A DNA stretch of 58,157 nt from positions 1-58,157 of the IMG/VR virus record IMGVR_UViG_3300025127_000041; one strand, given 5' to 3'. A program made the position numbers and the translations under genes. Shown here piece after piece: positions 1 through 9,150 of this stretch. Position 1 is the stretch's first letter, and each line of letters opens with the position of its first letter. Below the pieces are notes generated by a model. The model saw only the letters and a program-made list of their open reading frames with translations, was not told the DNA's origin and searched no databases. Origin of the DNA: a virus. Lineage: Duplodnaviria; Caudoviricetes.

Positions 1-127
1 ACCAATCAATTACTATGCTCGCATAATAAATCATATTGCCTCACGCATGTGTGTGCAGACGCACACGTACACACATACGTGTGTACACGCACATGTGCGT
101 ACATGCGTACATGCGTACATGCGTACA
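1..127. repeat. Terminal direct repeat, identical to 58031-58157; circular assembly overlap
   Basis: accaatcaat...gcgtaca is identical at both ends; 127 nt equals a common assembler k-mer. Confidence 0.95.
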
Positions 128-152
128 CGTATAGGCAGGCAGGCAGGCAGGT
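52..152. repeat. Alternating purine-pyrimidine tract with (GCGTACAT)n followed by (GGCA)n
   Basis: cacgcatgtgtgtgc...gcgtacat x3 + gcgtacac, then ggcaggcaggcaggcagg. Confidence 0.85.
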
Positions 153-397
153 TGCCTACACAAATATATCTAACTGATTGAACGTCAGACAATTAGGCAT
201 AGGGGTAGAGGTATCGTCAAACGACAACAGACTGAACGTCAAATAGTTAGCCAGAAAAAACGGCAAAAAATCCAGAACAAATCTTCGATTTGATTTTTTT
301 TTAGGGGGTGGGGGGTGCTTTCCCTTTTTAGGTAGTCATCGTCATATATACATATTGACCAATTGCTACACATATCTGACAAGCTAAAAAAAAGTCT

Positions 398-405
398 TAT
401 ATTTG
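398..405 (+). promoter_or_regulatory. Bacteroidota-type -7 promoter element TAnnTTTG (first + strand operon)
   Basis: TATATTTG preceded by an A-tract, ~19 nt before ATG 424. Confidence 0.7.
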
Positions 406-423
406 TATTATAATATTAAAGAC

Positions 424-813
424 ATGAAACATAAGATGGACAAGCCTAAGAAGCGACAGGTAATCAGAACCAACAAGGATGGCGTCAAGACCAAGCAGGT
501 ATTAAAGGATGGTGTAGTCAAGAAGACTGTCACACGAAGTAAAGGTGGGGTCGAGAAGGAGATAGAGCGAGGCAATAAGCGTATCGAGGTACAGAAGTAT
601 AAGGACGAGGGAGTAAAGAACAGAACTGTAATTGATATGGTAAAGAACTCTGCATTCAAAAACCTTCCACACTCTATGGTGAAAGAGGCAGCGAAGCCAG
701 AGAACAACATACTACCAGCCAACAAGATGGACAGAATGGAGCAGATGAAAAACCAGCGGATGATTAACATGCTAAACAGGGAGTCAAAAAAGCAACGAAA
801 AGAAAACAAATAG
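424..813 (+). CDS. Hypothetical Lys-rich protein (ATG 424 or 436; the ORF-track TTG at 403 lies inside the promoter)
   Basis: ORF downstream of promoter, tightly linked to the next gene. Confidence 0.7.
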   Translation: MKHKMDKPKKRQVIRTNKDGVKTKQVLKDGVVKKTVTRSKGGVEKEIERGNKRIEVQKYKDEGVKNRTVIDMVKNSAFKNLPHSMVKEAAKPENNILPANKMDRMEQMKNQRMINMLNRESKKQRKENK

Positions 814-815
814 AT

Positions 816-1028
816 ATGAACAAGTACCAAGACAAAGAGGCGTCGATGGACGACTACTCTCACGAGAGAAAGCTAAGGATAGACGGACGCTATGAGGCGG
901 CCCATGGAAAGATGGCAGACGCTAAGGAGGACTTCGATCACGCACACGCACTCAAGAAGGACGCACACTACGACGCAGAGTCACGCAAGCAGTTCAAGGG
1001 GCACATACACATGCTATACAAGCGATAG
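816..1028 (+). CDS. Hypothetical protein (His/Asp-rich)
   Basis: ORF, operon spacing. Confidence 0.7.
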   Translation: MNKYQDKEASMDDYSHERKLRIDGRYEAAHGKMADAKEDFDHAHALKKDAHYDAESRKQFKGHIHMLYKR

Positions 1029-1169
1029 ATGTGGCAACTGATTATAGAGAACAGGATCAGGTTTGGGATAAATGTGGGATTTGAGTTCTACGCACCAGAC
1101 GAGGACAACGATGATTATGAGTTTCACGTCAATTTATTAATAATAAAGATAAAGATATTATGGCTTTAA
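1029..1169 (+). CDS. Small hypothetical protein, 46 aa (MWQLIIENRIRFGINVGFEFY...)
   Basis: Read manually; fills the gap, abuts the previous stop and overlaps the next start. Confidence 0.6.
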   Translation: MWQLIIENRIRFGINVGFEFYAPDEDNDDYEFHVNLLIIKIKILWL

Positions 1170-2299
1170 ATAATTACACAACGAGCAGCAGGTTTACTGA
1201 CAGGACTTCGCCTCCTCCAGTAAATGGTGAAGTTGTAGATTTACCTGAGGTGTCTGTTACGGAAAAGGGTGAGACAGCTAGAGAGAGAAATGATAGGAGG
1301 TACAGAGAGTACCAGGCTCAAGTTAACGAAAGAAATCGCCTAATGTCTGAGGAAGACAAAAGGGTTGCAATGAATCGTAGGGATATAGAAAACTATGACC
1401 GCAATGTTGAGGAATACAACATGTCAAATGAGGGGGCTGACTTTGAGAGAGATCAAAGAGCTAGAAAGGATTTTAGTATGTTTGCTGGCGGTGGTAAAAA
1501 GGTTGGTTCAGATGCATTGAAAATATACAACGAGCGTCAAAGAAAAGAAGGGAGACCTATCGCAACGAACCTGTACAGGCCTGCAGATTTTAAGGATGAC
1601 GCTGAGTTTCTTGAGGCACTTATTCCCAAAGGCACAAGAAGGGGATCAATATTTCTTTCTGACATTAGGAGGCCATCTAAATATATTCCAAAGAAATATG
1701 ATGAGGTTGATTTTCCAGAGATTGAATTTGACTTAGATAGAATGAAAGTAACACCTGCAGAATTAAATACACGCAGACAAAGGGCAGGTAATATAGAAAT
1801 TTCAGGTAAGACTGAGTATTCAGATCCTAGAATGCCATCACGCGGTAAGAGGGATGTATTTAAGGGAGATAGGATTAAGTATGCCAGTAAGGGTCAAAGA
1901 GATAATAATATAGGAAGCGATAGACGTCGTTTCAGACAAGAAGAGCGACTTGCAAAGGCAACCTACGGTCGTGGCTTAGAGCAAATGACTGAGGGTGAGC
2001 TTGACGAGAGAAAGGCGATCTTAAAAGAAAGAAAGCGTGATCAGATGAGGGGAGGTAACTTCTTAAAAAACCTAGCGGTAAATCAGGACGCAAGGAGAGA
2101 GATTAGGGATATAAACCGTGCTAAGAGATACAGCGACATGGTAGGTGGTGATGACACTTTTAGTATATCTGATCGTGTGAAGATGGGTAAGATAGGTAAA
2201 AGTGCCAAGCAAAAAGGTCCTAAATACTTCACCCCAGAAACAATGCAGGGTTTTAGGGATTCAACAGACAATCCACTAAATAGGAACAGAAGAGGTTAA
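1160..2299 (+). CDS. Hypothetical charged protein
   Basis: 379-aa ORF followed by a terminator. Confidence 0.75.
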   Translation: MALNNYTTSSRFTDRTSPPPVNGEVVDLPEVSVTEKGETARERNDRRYREYQAQVNERNRLMSEEDKRVAMNRRDIENYDRNVEEYNMSNEGADFERDQRARKDFSMFAGGGKKVGSDALKIYNERQRKEGRPIATNLYRPADFKDDAEFLEALIPKGTRRGSIFLSDIRRPSKYIPKKYDEVDFPEIEFDLDRMKVTPAELNTRRQRAGNIEISGKTEYSDPRMPSRGKRDVFKGDRIKYASKGQRDNNIGSDRRRFRQEERLAKATYGRGLEQMTEGELDERKAILKERKRDQMRGGNFLKNLAVNQDARREIRDINRAKRYSDMVGGDDTFSISDRVKMGKIGKSAKQKGPKYFTPETMQGFRDSTDNPLNRNRRG

Positions 2300-2310
2300 A
2301 TAAATAAGCA

Positions 2311-2337
2311 AAAGCCCACCTAAACGGTGGGTTTTTT
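2311..2337 (+). terminator. Intrinsic terminator
   Basis: aaagcccacc-taaac-ggtgggttttt hairpin plus T-run. Confidence 0.8.
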
Positions 2338-2338
2338 G

Positions 2339-2346
2339 TATATTTG
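2339..2346 (+). promoter_or_regulatory. TAnnTTTG promoter for groEL/groES
   Basis: TATATTTG 20 nt before ATG 2366. Confidence 0.7.
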
Positions 2347-2365
2347 TAAAAAATAATTAAATCAA

Positions 2366-3925
2366 ATGATAGTAAAACAGGTACACCTTGGCGACAGCGG
2401 CCAAGAGAAACTAAGGGCTGGAATCAAGAAAATTGCGGGAGCTGTAAAGAGCACACTAGGGGCTAGGGGACGTACTGTCCTTATAGAGTCAGAGAATCAT
2501 GTCGGTGGCATAACGGTCACAAAGGACGGTGTGACGGTCGCCAAGTCGATCAACCTATACGACCCGACCGAGAACCTGGCTGTGATGATGATGCGTCAGG
2601 CTGCCGAGAAGACTGCCACTATGGCTGGCGACGGGACGACTACATCTATCGTACTAGCGGAGGCGATCATAGACGCAGCGGAGATGTATATAAAGGATGG
2701 TGACAACGTGACCGAGGTCATCAGGGAGGTCAATTCCATAGCCGAGCGTATAGACACACACCTCAAGAAGAAGAGCAAGAAGGTTAGCGGTAGACGTCTC
2801 AGGGATGTCGCTACCATATCCGCAAACAACGACAGGAAGGTCGGTGATATGATTGCTGGAGCGTTTGAGGAGGTAGAGATGGTTACGGTTGAGAACAGTA
2901 TGAACTCTGATACCTATGTAGACATCATCAAGGGTATGCGTATCGAGCGTGGTTACACATCGAAGTACTTCGTGACTGACCAGAAGAAACAGGAATGTGT
3001 GATGGAGAACCCGTATGTATTGATCACGGACCACGAGATCAGTAACCTGGCAAACATAGAGAACATACTGAAGCCTATCGTGGCACAGGGCAAGCCCCTG
3101 TTGATCATAGGAGAGCTGAGTCAGAATGTGCTTAACACATTGAATGTCAATGCATTACAGGGTAAAATTAAGGTGTGTAACATACTCCCTCCAAACTTTG
3201 GGTACAGGCAGAAGGAACTCCTAGAAGATCTGGCGGTCGCACTTGGAGGTACATACTTCTCTGACGACACTGGGGACGACCTGTCTGTGATACAGTTGGG
3301 AGACCTGGGGCGTGCGGCAAAGATAGTCGTGCGTAAGGACATGACGGTTATTATGCATTCAGAGGAGATGGCTGACACGATAACTGACCATGTAGAGGTG
3401 TTGAAGAAGGTTGTTTGGACTACAGAGAGAAAGGAGGACAGGGACTTCCTTCAGGAGCGTATTGCTAACCTATCTGGCGGCATAGGTGTGATACATGTAG
3501 GTGCACTCACTGATATAGAGCAGAAAGAGAAGCGTGACAGGATCGACGATGCAGTCTGTGCAGTGCAGGCGGCTATCGAGGGTGGTATACTACCTGGAGG
3601 TGGTATAGCCTTGCTTAATTCTATGGATCTGGTTGATTCTGATTCTGTGGCGTCTAATATAGTTAAGCATGCACTGTTCGCACCATTTAATCAGATACTA
3701 GAGAACGCTGGTAGAGATGGAGCATTCACGGTAAAAGACTTAGGCAGGGATGGCGTTGGATACGATGTGAGGAATGATAAGGTGGGTGACATGATCAAGA
3801 TGGGAATAATAGACCCAGCTAATGTAACACGAAACGCACTAGAGAACGCTGTATCTGTTGCGACCACAATAATGAGCACGAGTTCAATAATAACAAACGT
3901 GAGAGACAATGGAGATACTAAATAA
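2366..3925 (+). CDS. groEL: Phage-encoded chaperonin GroEL (Cpn60)
   Basis: TKDGVTVAK, AGDGTTT, ERIANLSGG, PGGG and GIIDP motifs; lacks the C-terminal GGM tail. Confidence 0.97.
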   Translation: MIVKQVHLGDSGQEKLRAGIKKIAGAVKSTLGARGRTVLIESENHVGGITVTKDGVTVAKSINLYDPTENLAVMMMRQAAEKTATMAGDGTTTSIVLAEAIIDAAEMYIKDGDNVTEVIREVNSIAERIDTHLKKKSKKVSGRRLRDVATISANNDRKVGDMIAGAFEEVEMVTVENSMNSDTYVDIIKGMRIERGYTSKYFVTDQKKQECVMENPYVLITDHEISNLANIENILKPIVAQGKPLLIIGELSQNVLNTLNVNALQGKIKVCNILPPNFGYRQKELLEDLAVALGGTYFSDDTGDDLSVIQLGDLGRAAKIVVRKDMTVIMHSEEMADTITDHVEVLKKVVWTTERKEDRDFLQERIANLSGGIGVIHVGALTDIEQKEKRDRIDDAVCAVQAAIEGGILPGGGIALLNSMDLVDSDSVASNIVKHALFAPFNQILENAGRDGAFTVKDLGRDGVGYDVRNDKVGDMIKMGIIDPANVTRNALENAVSVATTIMSTSSIITNVRDNGDTK

Positions 3926-4166
3926 ATTTATTCTGGTCGAGAGGGTCTACGAGAAGAAGACTAGTTCAAGCGGACTTATAATGAGCGACGAGGACTCAAA
4001 CGATATGCGTTACCAGCGTGGTAATGTTAAGGATGTTGGATTTAATGTAAAAGGTATAGAGGGTGGAGACACCGTTATATTTGATAAGGTATCGGCACAC
4101 GATGTGTTGATAGGGGATGACAGGTTTACTATCATTCAAGAGAAGGACGTTGCCTGCGTTCTTTAA
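3909..4166 (+). CDS. groES: Co-chaperonin GroES-like protein
   Basis: 85 aa; KTSSSGLI mobile loop, VG...GDTVIF, IIQEKDV; overlaps groEL. Confidence 0.85.
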   Translation: MEILNKFILVERVYEKKTSSSGLIMSDEDSNDMRYQRGNVKDVGFNVKGIEGGDTVIFDKVSAHDVLIGDDRFTIIQEKDVACVL

Positions 4167-4638
4167 GATCCCTATTGGCATCCTTCACCGCAATGGACAG
4201 AACCTTGTGTGAGAAGGGTGCCGTCCTTTTAAATATCTTATTTCTTCTAGGCGACTCAGGCAGTTCCTCAAAGCCTAGCATCTTCCTATAGATCGTAGAT
4301 ATCATCTTCTTACCTTTCTGTGATACCTCATATAGAAGTGCCTCTCCCCATCTCTTCTCTCTGAACTTTCTTATGAATCCATCCCTTAGTAGTCTATCAA
4401 ACCTGAACCTATCCCAGGACATATGGTTGGCATACCTGTCGAACTCCTTCCTGGAGAACAGGTGTTCTGAGTATAAGAACATCAGCATGTCTAAATCTGC
4501 AGATGACTTAAGGTCATAGTTTATGACGGCCCATCTTCGTATCACGCTCCAGTGCTTCATGAAGTCGTACTTAGCCTCTCGTGTAAAAAATATTTTATCC
4601 TCCCTTTTGGAGATTCTCTTCTTTACCTTTGGAATCAT
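4132..4638 (-). CDS. Putative winged-helix DNA-binding regulator
   Basis: FDRLLRDGFI...LYEVSQKGK wHTH-like pattern; only - strand gene in the + block; own promoter. Confidence 0.6.
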   Translation of the reverse strand: MIPKVKKRISKREDKIFFTREAKYDFMKHWSVIRRWAVINYDLKSSADLDMLMFLYSEHLFSRKEFDRYANHMSWDRFRFDRLLRDGFIRKFREKRWGEALLYEVSQKGKKMISTIYRKMLGFEELPESPRRNKIFKRTAPFSHKVLSIAVKDANRDLKERRQRPSLE

Positions 4639-4643
4639 TTTAT

Positions 4644-4668
4644 TATATTTGTATTTGTAACAAAGATA
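4644..4668. promoter_or_regulatory. Face-to-face overlapping promoters (+ TATATTTG 4644-4651; - TATCTTTG 4661-4668)
   Basis: Two TAnnTTTG motifs on opposite strands in a 37-bp divergent gap. Confidence 0.65.
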
Positions 4669-4675
4669 CTTATAA

Positions 4676-5026
4676 ATGCCAAAAGACGCCTGTTATAAAA
4701 AAATAAAGAGACAGTACAAGGTATTCCCTTCGGCTAGAGCTTCACAGGCTATAGCCAAGTGTAGGAAGAAAAAGGGCAAGGTCACTAAGTCTTCCAAGGG
4801 TGCAAGCCTTAAGAGATGGGAGAAGGAGAAGTGGATAGACACACGTACTGGTAAGGCTTGTGGTGCGGGTAAGAAGAATGAGTACTGCAGACCGACTAAG
4901 AGGGTCTCATCCAAGACTCCAAAGACTAAGGGTGAGATGTCTAAGTCTGAGTTAGCTAGAAAGAAGTCAGAGAAGTCTAGGGTAGGAATGGGTAAACGTG
5001 TAAAACCATTAAAAAGAAAAAAATGA
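4676..5026 (+). CDS. Small basic phage protein
   Basis: YKVFPSA / LKRWEKEKW / YCRP motifs recurrent in aquatic phages. Confidence 0.75.
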   Translation: MPKDACYKKIKRQYKVFPSARASQAIAKCRKKKGKVTKSSKGASLKRWEKEKWIDTRTGKACGAGKKNEYCRPTKRVSSKTPKTKGEMSKSELARKKSEKSRVGMGKRVKPLKRKK

Positions 5027-5151
5027 ATGTAAAGCAAATGAAAGACGTCGTCAAGCAGTTGAAGGGTGCCTCAAGGATGCACGCACAACAGGCGGCTAAG
5101 ATTGAGAAGATGATTAAGTCAATGAATGGTAAAACTAAAACTAAGAAATAA
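5023..5151 (+). CDS. Small hypothetical protein, 42 aa
   Basis: Read manually; ATGA overlap upstream, TAATG overlap downstream. Confidence 0.65.
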   Translation: MNVKQMKDVVKQLKGASRMHAQQAAKIEKMIKSMNGKTKTKK

Positions 5152-5327
5152 TGCCGACAGTAAAGTACAAGTGTAAAGACACAGGAAAGATGAAGGAGAA
5201 AAAATTTCCTTACAATTCAGTAGGTAAGGCAAATGCAAGTTGGTTTGCAGGTCTAATGAACTCTCAAGGGAGAAACGCTACTCTTAAGAATAATCCTAAT
5301 AAGAAGATGACCGAGACGGGTTATTAA
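5151..5327 (+). CDS. Small hypothetical protein, 58 aa (MPTVKYKCK...)
   Basis: Read manually; TAATG coupling. Confidence 0.65.
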   Translation: MPTVKYKCKDTGKMKEKKFPYNSVGKANASWFAGLMNSQGRNATLKNNPNKKMTETGY

Positions 5328-5337
5328 AAAGATAGTT

Positions 5338-5484
5338 ATGAACAAGAAACAAATGGACTCAATACCTATGAAAAATAAAGATATCAAGGTGTTGACAAAG
5401 AGACAGCAGTATATAGCTCAACAGTCTGGAGACCCAAATAAAATTGAAGCCTCTGACTTTAAAAAGCTAAGAAAGAAGGGATAA
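5338..5484 (+). CDS. Small hypothetical protein, 48 aa (...KIEASDFKKLRKKG)
   Basis: Read manually; TAATG coupling with the next gene. Confidence 0.6.
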   Translation: MNKKQMDSIPMKNKDIKVLTKRQQYIAQQSGDPNKIEASDFKKLRKKG

Positions 5485-5783
5485 TGTCAAAGAGGGTAGA
5501 CAAGAGCAGTATGCCTTGCAACAAACCCAGAGCATCAACCAGACCAGGTAAGAAGAAGATGGTCAAGGGTTGCGAGGGTGGCAAGGAGAAGATTATACAC
5601 TTCGGTGCGAAGGGTTATGGTCACAATTATTCTGCGGCTGCCCGTAAGTCTTTTAAGGCTAGACACAAGTGTGGCACTGCAAAGTCTAAACTTACTGCCA
5701 GGTATTGGGCCTGTAAAAACCTATGGGCTGGAAAGGGTGGATCTACAAAAAGTTCACCAAAGAGCAAGAGAGGTAAATATTAA
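5484..5783 (+). CDS. Small basic phage protein
   Basis: IHFGAKGY...RKSFKARHKC...ARYWAC motif recurrent in phages. Confidence 0.8.
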   Translation: MSKRVDKSSMPCNKPRASTRPGKKKMVKGCEGGKEKIIHFGAKGYGHNYSAAARKSFKARHKCGTAKSKLTARYWACKNLWAGKGGSTKSSPKSKRGKY

Positions 5784-5786
5784 AAG

Positions 5787-5957
5787 ATGATTAAGATAAA
5801 GAAACATAAGGGACTTGGAGACACGGTAGAGGCCGTGACTAAGATGACGGGCATTCAGCAGATAGTTAAGGCTGGATCAAAGGCATTTAATCAGCCTTGC
5901 GGATGTGATGACAGGAGAAAGAAACTAAACGAATTATTTCCGTATGGGAAAAAGTAA
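5787..5957 (+). CDS. Small conserved phage protein, 56 aa
   Basis: Read manually: GLGDTVEAVTKMTGI...CGCDDRRKKLN. Confidence 0.7.
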   Translation: MIKIKKHKGLGDTVEAVTKMTGIQQIVKAGSKAFNQPCGCDDRRKKLNELFPYGKK

Positions 5958-6204
5958 GACATCTAAGTACTACGAGGAGAATCCTGAGGCTGCTGAGAAG
6001 CGTCGTAAGTACCAGCGAAAGCTGAACAAGACCAAGAAGCAGAAGGACTACCGTGTGGAGCACACAAGAGAGAGGAGACGTCGTGGGATAGATGGCGAGG
6101 GAGGCAAGGATGTCAGTAAGAAAAAAAATGGTAAATTTGTACTTGAACATCCGTATAAGAACAGAGCACGAAATGGTGCCGACGGTAGGAGTACTAAAAA
6201 ATAA
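5944..6204 (+). CDS. Small basic protein, degenerate HNH-like
   Basis: GKDVSKK...KNRARNG resembles small phage HNH proteins, but the catalytic His is apparently replaced. Confidence 0.5.
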   Translation: MGKSKTSKYYEENPEAAEKRRKYQRKLNKTKKQKDYRVEHTRERRRRGIDGEGGKDVSKKKNGKFVLEHPYKNRARNGADGRSTKK

Positions 6205-6209
6205 AAAAA

Positions 6210-6485
6210 ATGGGATACCAAAAATTACAAGCAAACAGAGCAGCGGCTGTAACGCCAAGCAACACAGTTAACATACCATACGTTGGAGATGCCGCTGGCG
6301 ATAAACTATGGGCTTGCGTGTTGTATGTGGGCAGCATAGCGGGAGGCACAGACCTAAAGGTATTGACAGCTGGAGGAGACGAGGTCACTTTCAAGGGGCT
6401 TACCGCAGGGACATTTATACCTGTTCAGGTCGTTAGAGTTTTCGCAACAGGCACAAATGTATCTGAGATAATAGCACTCTGGTAG
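6210..6485 (+). CDS. Small beta-rich virion protein
   Basis: LYVG..GG.L.V...G..VTF.G..AG.FIPVQV.RV motif of small structural proteins. Confidence 0.65.
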   Translation: MGYQKLQANRAAAVTPSNTVNIPYVGDAAGDKLWACVLYVGSIAGGTDLKVLTAGGDEVTFKGLTAGTFIPVQVVRVFATGTNVSEIIALW

Positions 6486-6486
6486 A

Positions 6487-7260
6487 ATGCCAATGCAGAT
6501 CTCCATATCTAACTCTATAGGAGGTAACCTCGGCTCAGGTGGGGGAGACACACCGTTTACAAACACTAAAAGTTTTTTTACAAGTAGTGACCCTATGGTT
6601 GAATTAGGGAGTAGCGACGGAATAGACTTTTTAAGCCTGTCAACAAAAGCAAGTTTTTCATTTTGGTTTAAGGCTAATACAACTGGTAATGCAACCATAC
6701 CACTTATAACAATGGTAGCAGGTAAATCATCTCAGTTAAGGGTACAGATAAATACTGACCTAACACAGAATAATTCAACTGTTCAACTTGGTATAAATAG
6801 CACGGGTATTGTTTCACACACAATAACTAATTTTAGCGATTGGTCGACATCTTGGCATCATATAATATATTCTTATGATAATACCTCAGGCAACGGTGAT
6901 TGCACAGTTTTTCTTGACGGTGTTAATCTAAATGTTTTGTCTATGGCGGGTGCTAATTTCCCTGATTCTTCTTCTTTTGCACAAGCAAAAATTGGAATAG
7001 GAACAGGTGCGTTAATTCCTGCATATTACACACAGATAGGTATATGGGATACTAACCTAACAAATAGTGAAATGACAGCAATTTATAATTCAGGATGTCC
7101 TTCTGATATATCTTCTTACTCACCTGAAGTATGGTTAAAAATGGATGATGCTGTAACACAGGGTTCAGGTGTATCAGTACCTAATAGCGGAAGTGCAAGC
7201 GGTACTTGGTCTATTGCGGGCTCTTTAGGAACTCATATTATAACTGATTCACCCTGCTAA
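6487..7260 (+). CDS. LamG/concanavalin-A-like lectin domain protein (paralogue 1)
   Basis: SFSFWFK, WHHIIYSYD, IYNSG motifs; shares PFTNTKS with the paralogues. Confidence 0.8.
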   Translation: MPMQISISNSIGGNLGSGGGDTPFTNTKSFFTSSDPMVELGSSDGIDFLSLSTKASFSFWFKANTTGNATIPLITMVAGKSSQLRVQINTDLTQNNSTVQLGINSTGIVSHTITNFSDWSTSWHHIIYSYDNTSGNGDCTVFLDGVNLNVLSMAGANFPDSSSFAQAKIGIGTGALIPAYYTQIGIWDTNLTNSEMTAIYNSGCPSDISSYSPEVWLKMDDAVTQGSGVSVPNSGSASGTWSIAGSLGTHIITDSPC

Positions 7261-7274
7261 AATGAACTAAAAAT

Positions 7275-8024
7275 ATGTCAAGCTACTACCGTTCTATATT
7301 AAACATACTAACAGTACCGTTCACGAATACTAAGAGTATATTACTTGATGGTGTGGATGATTATGTAGACTGTGGTAATCCTTCAAGTTTAAACTTTCAA
7401 CATACAGAACCTTTTTCTTTTAGTTTATGGTTTAAGAGAGATGCTAATAATATTTTTCACATACTATTATCTAAAATGAATCCATCAGGTAATCGTAGGG
7501 GTTACTTTTTAGGTATAAATTCAAGCAATGTTGTTGCAGTTATGTTAAGAACAGATACATCTTTTACATCACAAAACTTAACTTATAAAAGCACCAATAC
7601 TATAACAGATACTAATTGGCATCATATAGTTTTTACTTATGATGGTTTAACTGCACAAAGCAGTGGTAAAATTTATATTGACGGGGTAGCTGAAACAGTT
7701 GTTGCAACAGGTGGTGGTTCAATAACAAGTATAGAGTCATCTGCTACAACTCCTTTTTTAATGAGTGCGTTAAATACAACACCTTTATTACCTGCTAATG
7801 GTAATATTGACGAGGTTGGAATTTTTGGTTCAGAGTTATCAGCAAGTGATGTTACTGCGATATACAATAGTGGAGTGCCTAATGACCTTAGTTCATTGTC
7901 TCCTGTATCTTGGTGGCGTTGTGGTGATGGAGATACTTCTCCAACTCTGACAGATAACGGCAGTGGTGGCAATAATGGAACCATGACCAACTTTAGTACA
8001 TTCAGTACAGACGTACCAACATAA
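7275..8024 (+). CDS. LamG-like protein (paralogue 2)
   Basis: LDGVDDYV, FSFSLWFK, WHHIVFTYD, GNIDEV. Confidence 0.85.
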   Translation: MSSYYRSILNILTVPFTNTKSILLDGVDDYVDCGNPSSLNFQHTEPFSFSLWFKRDANNIFHILLSKMNPSGNRRGYFLGINSSNVVAVMLRTDTSFTSQNLTYKSTNTITDTNWHHIVFTYDGLTAQSSGKIYIDGVAETVVATGGGSITSIESSATTPFLMSALNTTPLLPANGNIDEVGIFGSELSASDVTAIYNSGVPNDLSSLSPVSWWRCGDGDTSPTLTDNGSGGNNGTMTNFSTFSTDVPT

Positions 8025-8033
8025 ACTAAAGAT

Positions 8034-8705
8034 ATGTCAAACTACTACCGCTCCATATTAAACACTCTAACAGTACCGTTCACGAATACTAAGAGTATAT
8101 TGCTTGATGGAGTGGATGATGAAGTAACATTTAGTGATTTAACAAGTTCAGGCGTTTTTACTTTGTCTTTTTGGATGAAGCCAACAGTATTTAATTCTAA
8201 CAGTGGTAGCTTTGTAATGGGTAGTAGTGCTAATTCTCAAAACTTTATAAAACTACAAAGTGCAACTCAATTAAATTTTAAAATTGGTAATTCAGCTGCT
8301 ACATTTACTGAAAGCTCAAATGTTTTAGTATTAAATCAATGGCAGCACATAATGCTTGTTAGAGATGCTTCAAACAATGTTTTCGCCTATAGAAATGGTG
8401 CTGCTTTTGGTAGTTCAGTTGCGAAAACTACTACTCTTATAATTAATACCTTTAGTGAAATAGCAAGCTTTTTTACTTATAGTGGTGGTTTAGACGAGTT
8501 TGCTTTTTTTACTACTGACCAAACCGCCAACTTAACGGCAATATACAACGGAGGTCTACCTGCATCACTTGCATTATATAGCCCGCTAACTTGGTATAGA
8601 TGTGGTGATGGAGATACAGCTCCTACACTAACGGATAACGGAAGCGGTGGCAACAACGGAACGATGACAAACTTCAGTACGTTCTCAACTGACGTACCTA
8701 CATAA
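8034..8705 (+). CDS. LamG-like protein (paralogue 3)
   Basis: LDGVDD, FTLSFWMK, WQHIMLVRD, GGLDEF. Confidence 0.85.
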   Translation: MSNYYRSILNTLTVPFTNTKSILLDGVDDEVTFSDLTSSGVFTLSFWMKPTVFNSNSGSFVMGSSANSQNFIKLQSATQLNFKIGNSAATFTESSNVLVLNQWQHIMLVRDASNNVFAYRNGAAFGSSVAKTTTLIINTFSEIASFFTYSGGLDEFAFFTTDQTANLTAIYNGGLPASLALYSPLTWYRCGDGDTAPTLTDNGSGGNNGTMTNFSTFSTDVPT

Positions 8706-8739
8706 ATAAAATTATTATCTTTGTGTAAAACATAAAGAA

Positions 8740-9150
8740 ATGCCAACAATACCATATAACGAACAATTTGTCGGGATATCAGCCTCAGAGGATTTAATCG
8801 AAAGAGGATCAGCTCAGACAAACAGTGCAAGAACAATCTATACATACGCTGACATTCGAGGTCAAGCACAGTCCGCTGTAGCCATGGCAGGCGTAGTAAT
8901 CTCATTCACAGAGAATGAAATTTATAACACCTCAGGTGCAGCAGGAACGGGTAACATAACTAACAACCTTACGGATGCTAAGTTAGGAATCGTTCAGAAG
9001 CTATACCACCAAGAGGGGTCAGCTCCTTCAGTACCTGCGGGATGGGTTCTTATGGGCTCAGGTACATACAGTACAACAGCTCTTAATGTAATCTATGCTG
9101 AGTGGTGTGGAGGAACAAGAGTTGAGTATTGGATTGTACAGCCTGCATAG
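8740..9150 (+). CDS. Putative virion/tail-fibre adaptor protein
   Basis: TATCTTTG at 8716-8723 upstream; C-terminal NVIYAEW...VEYW. Confidence 0.6.
   Translation: MPTIPYNEQFVGISASEDLIERGSAQTNSARTIYTYADIRGQAQSAVAMAGVVISFTENEIYNTSGAAGTGNITNNLTDAKLGIVQKLYHQEGSAPSVPAGWVLMGSGTYSTTALNVIYAEWCGGTRVEYWIVQPA

Noticed and set aside
1-127. 127-bp terminal repeat as a biological DTR
   Set aside because: The length matches a standard assembler k-mer; it shows circularity/completeness, not the real termini
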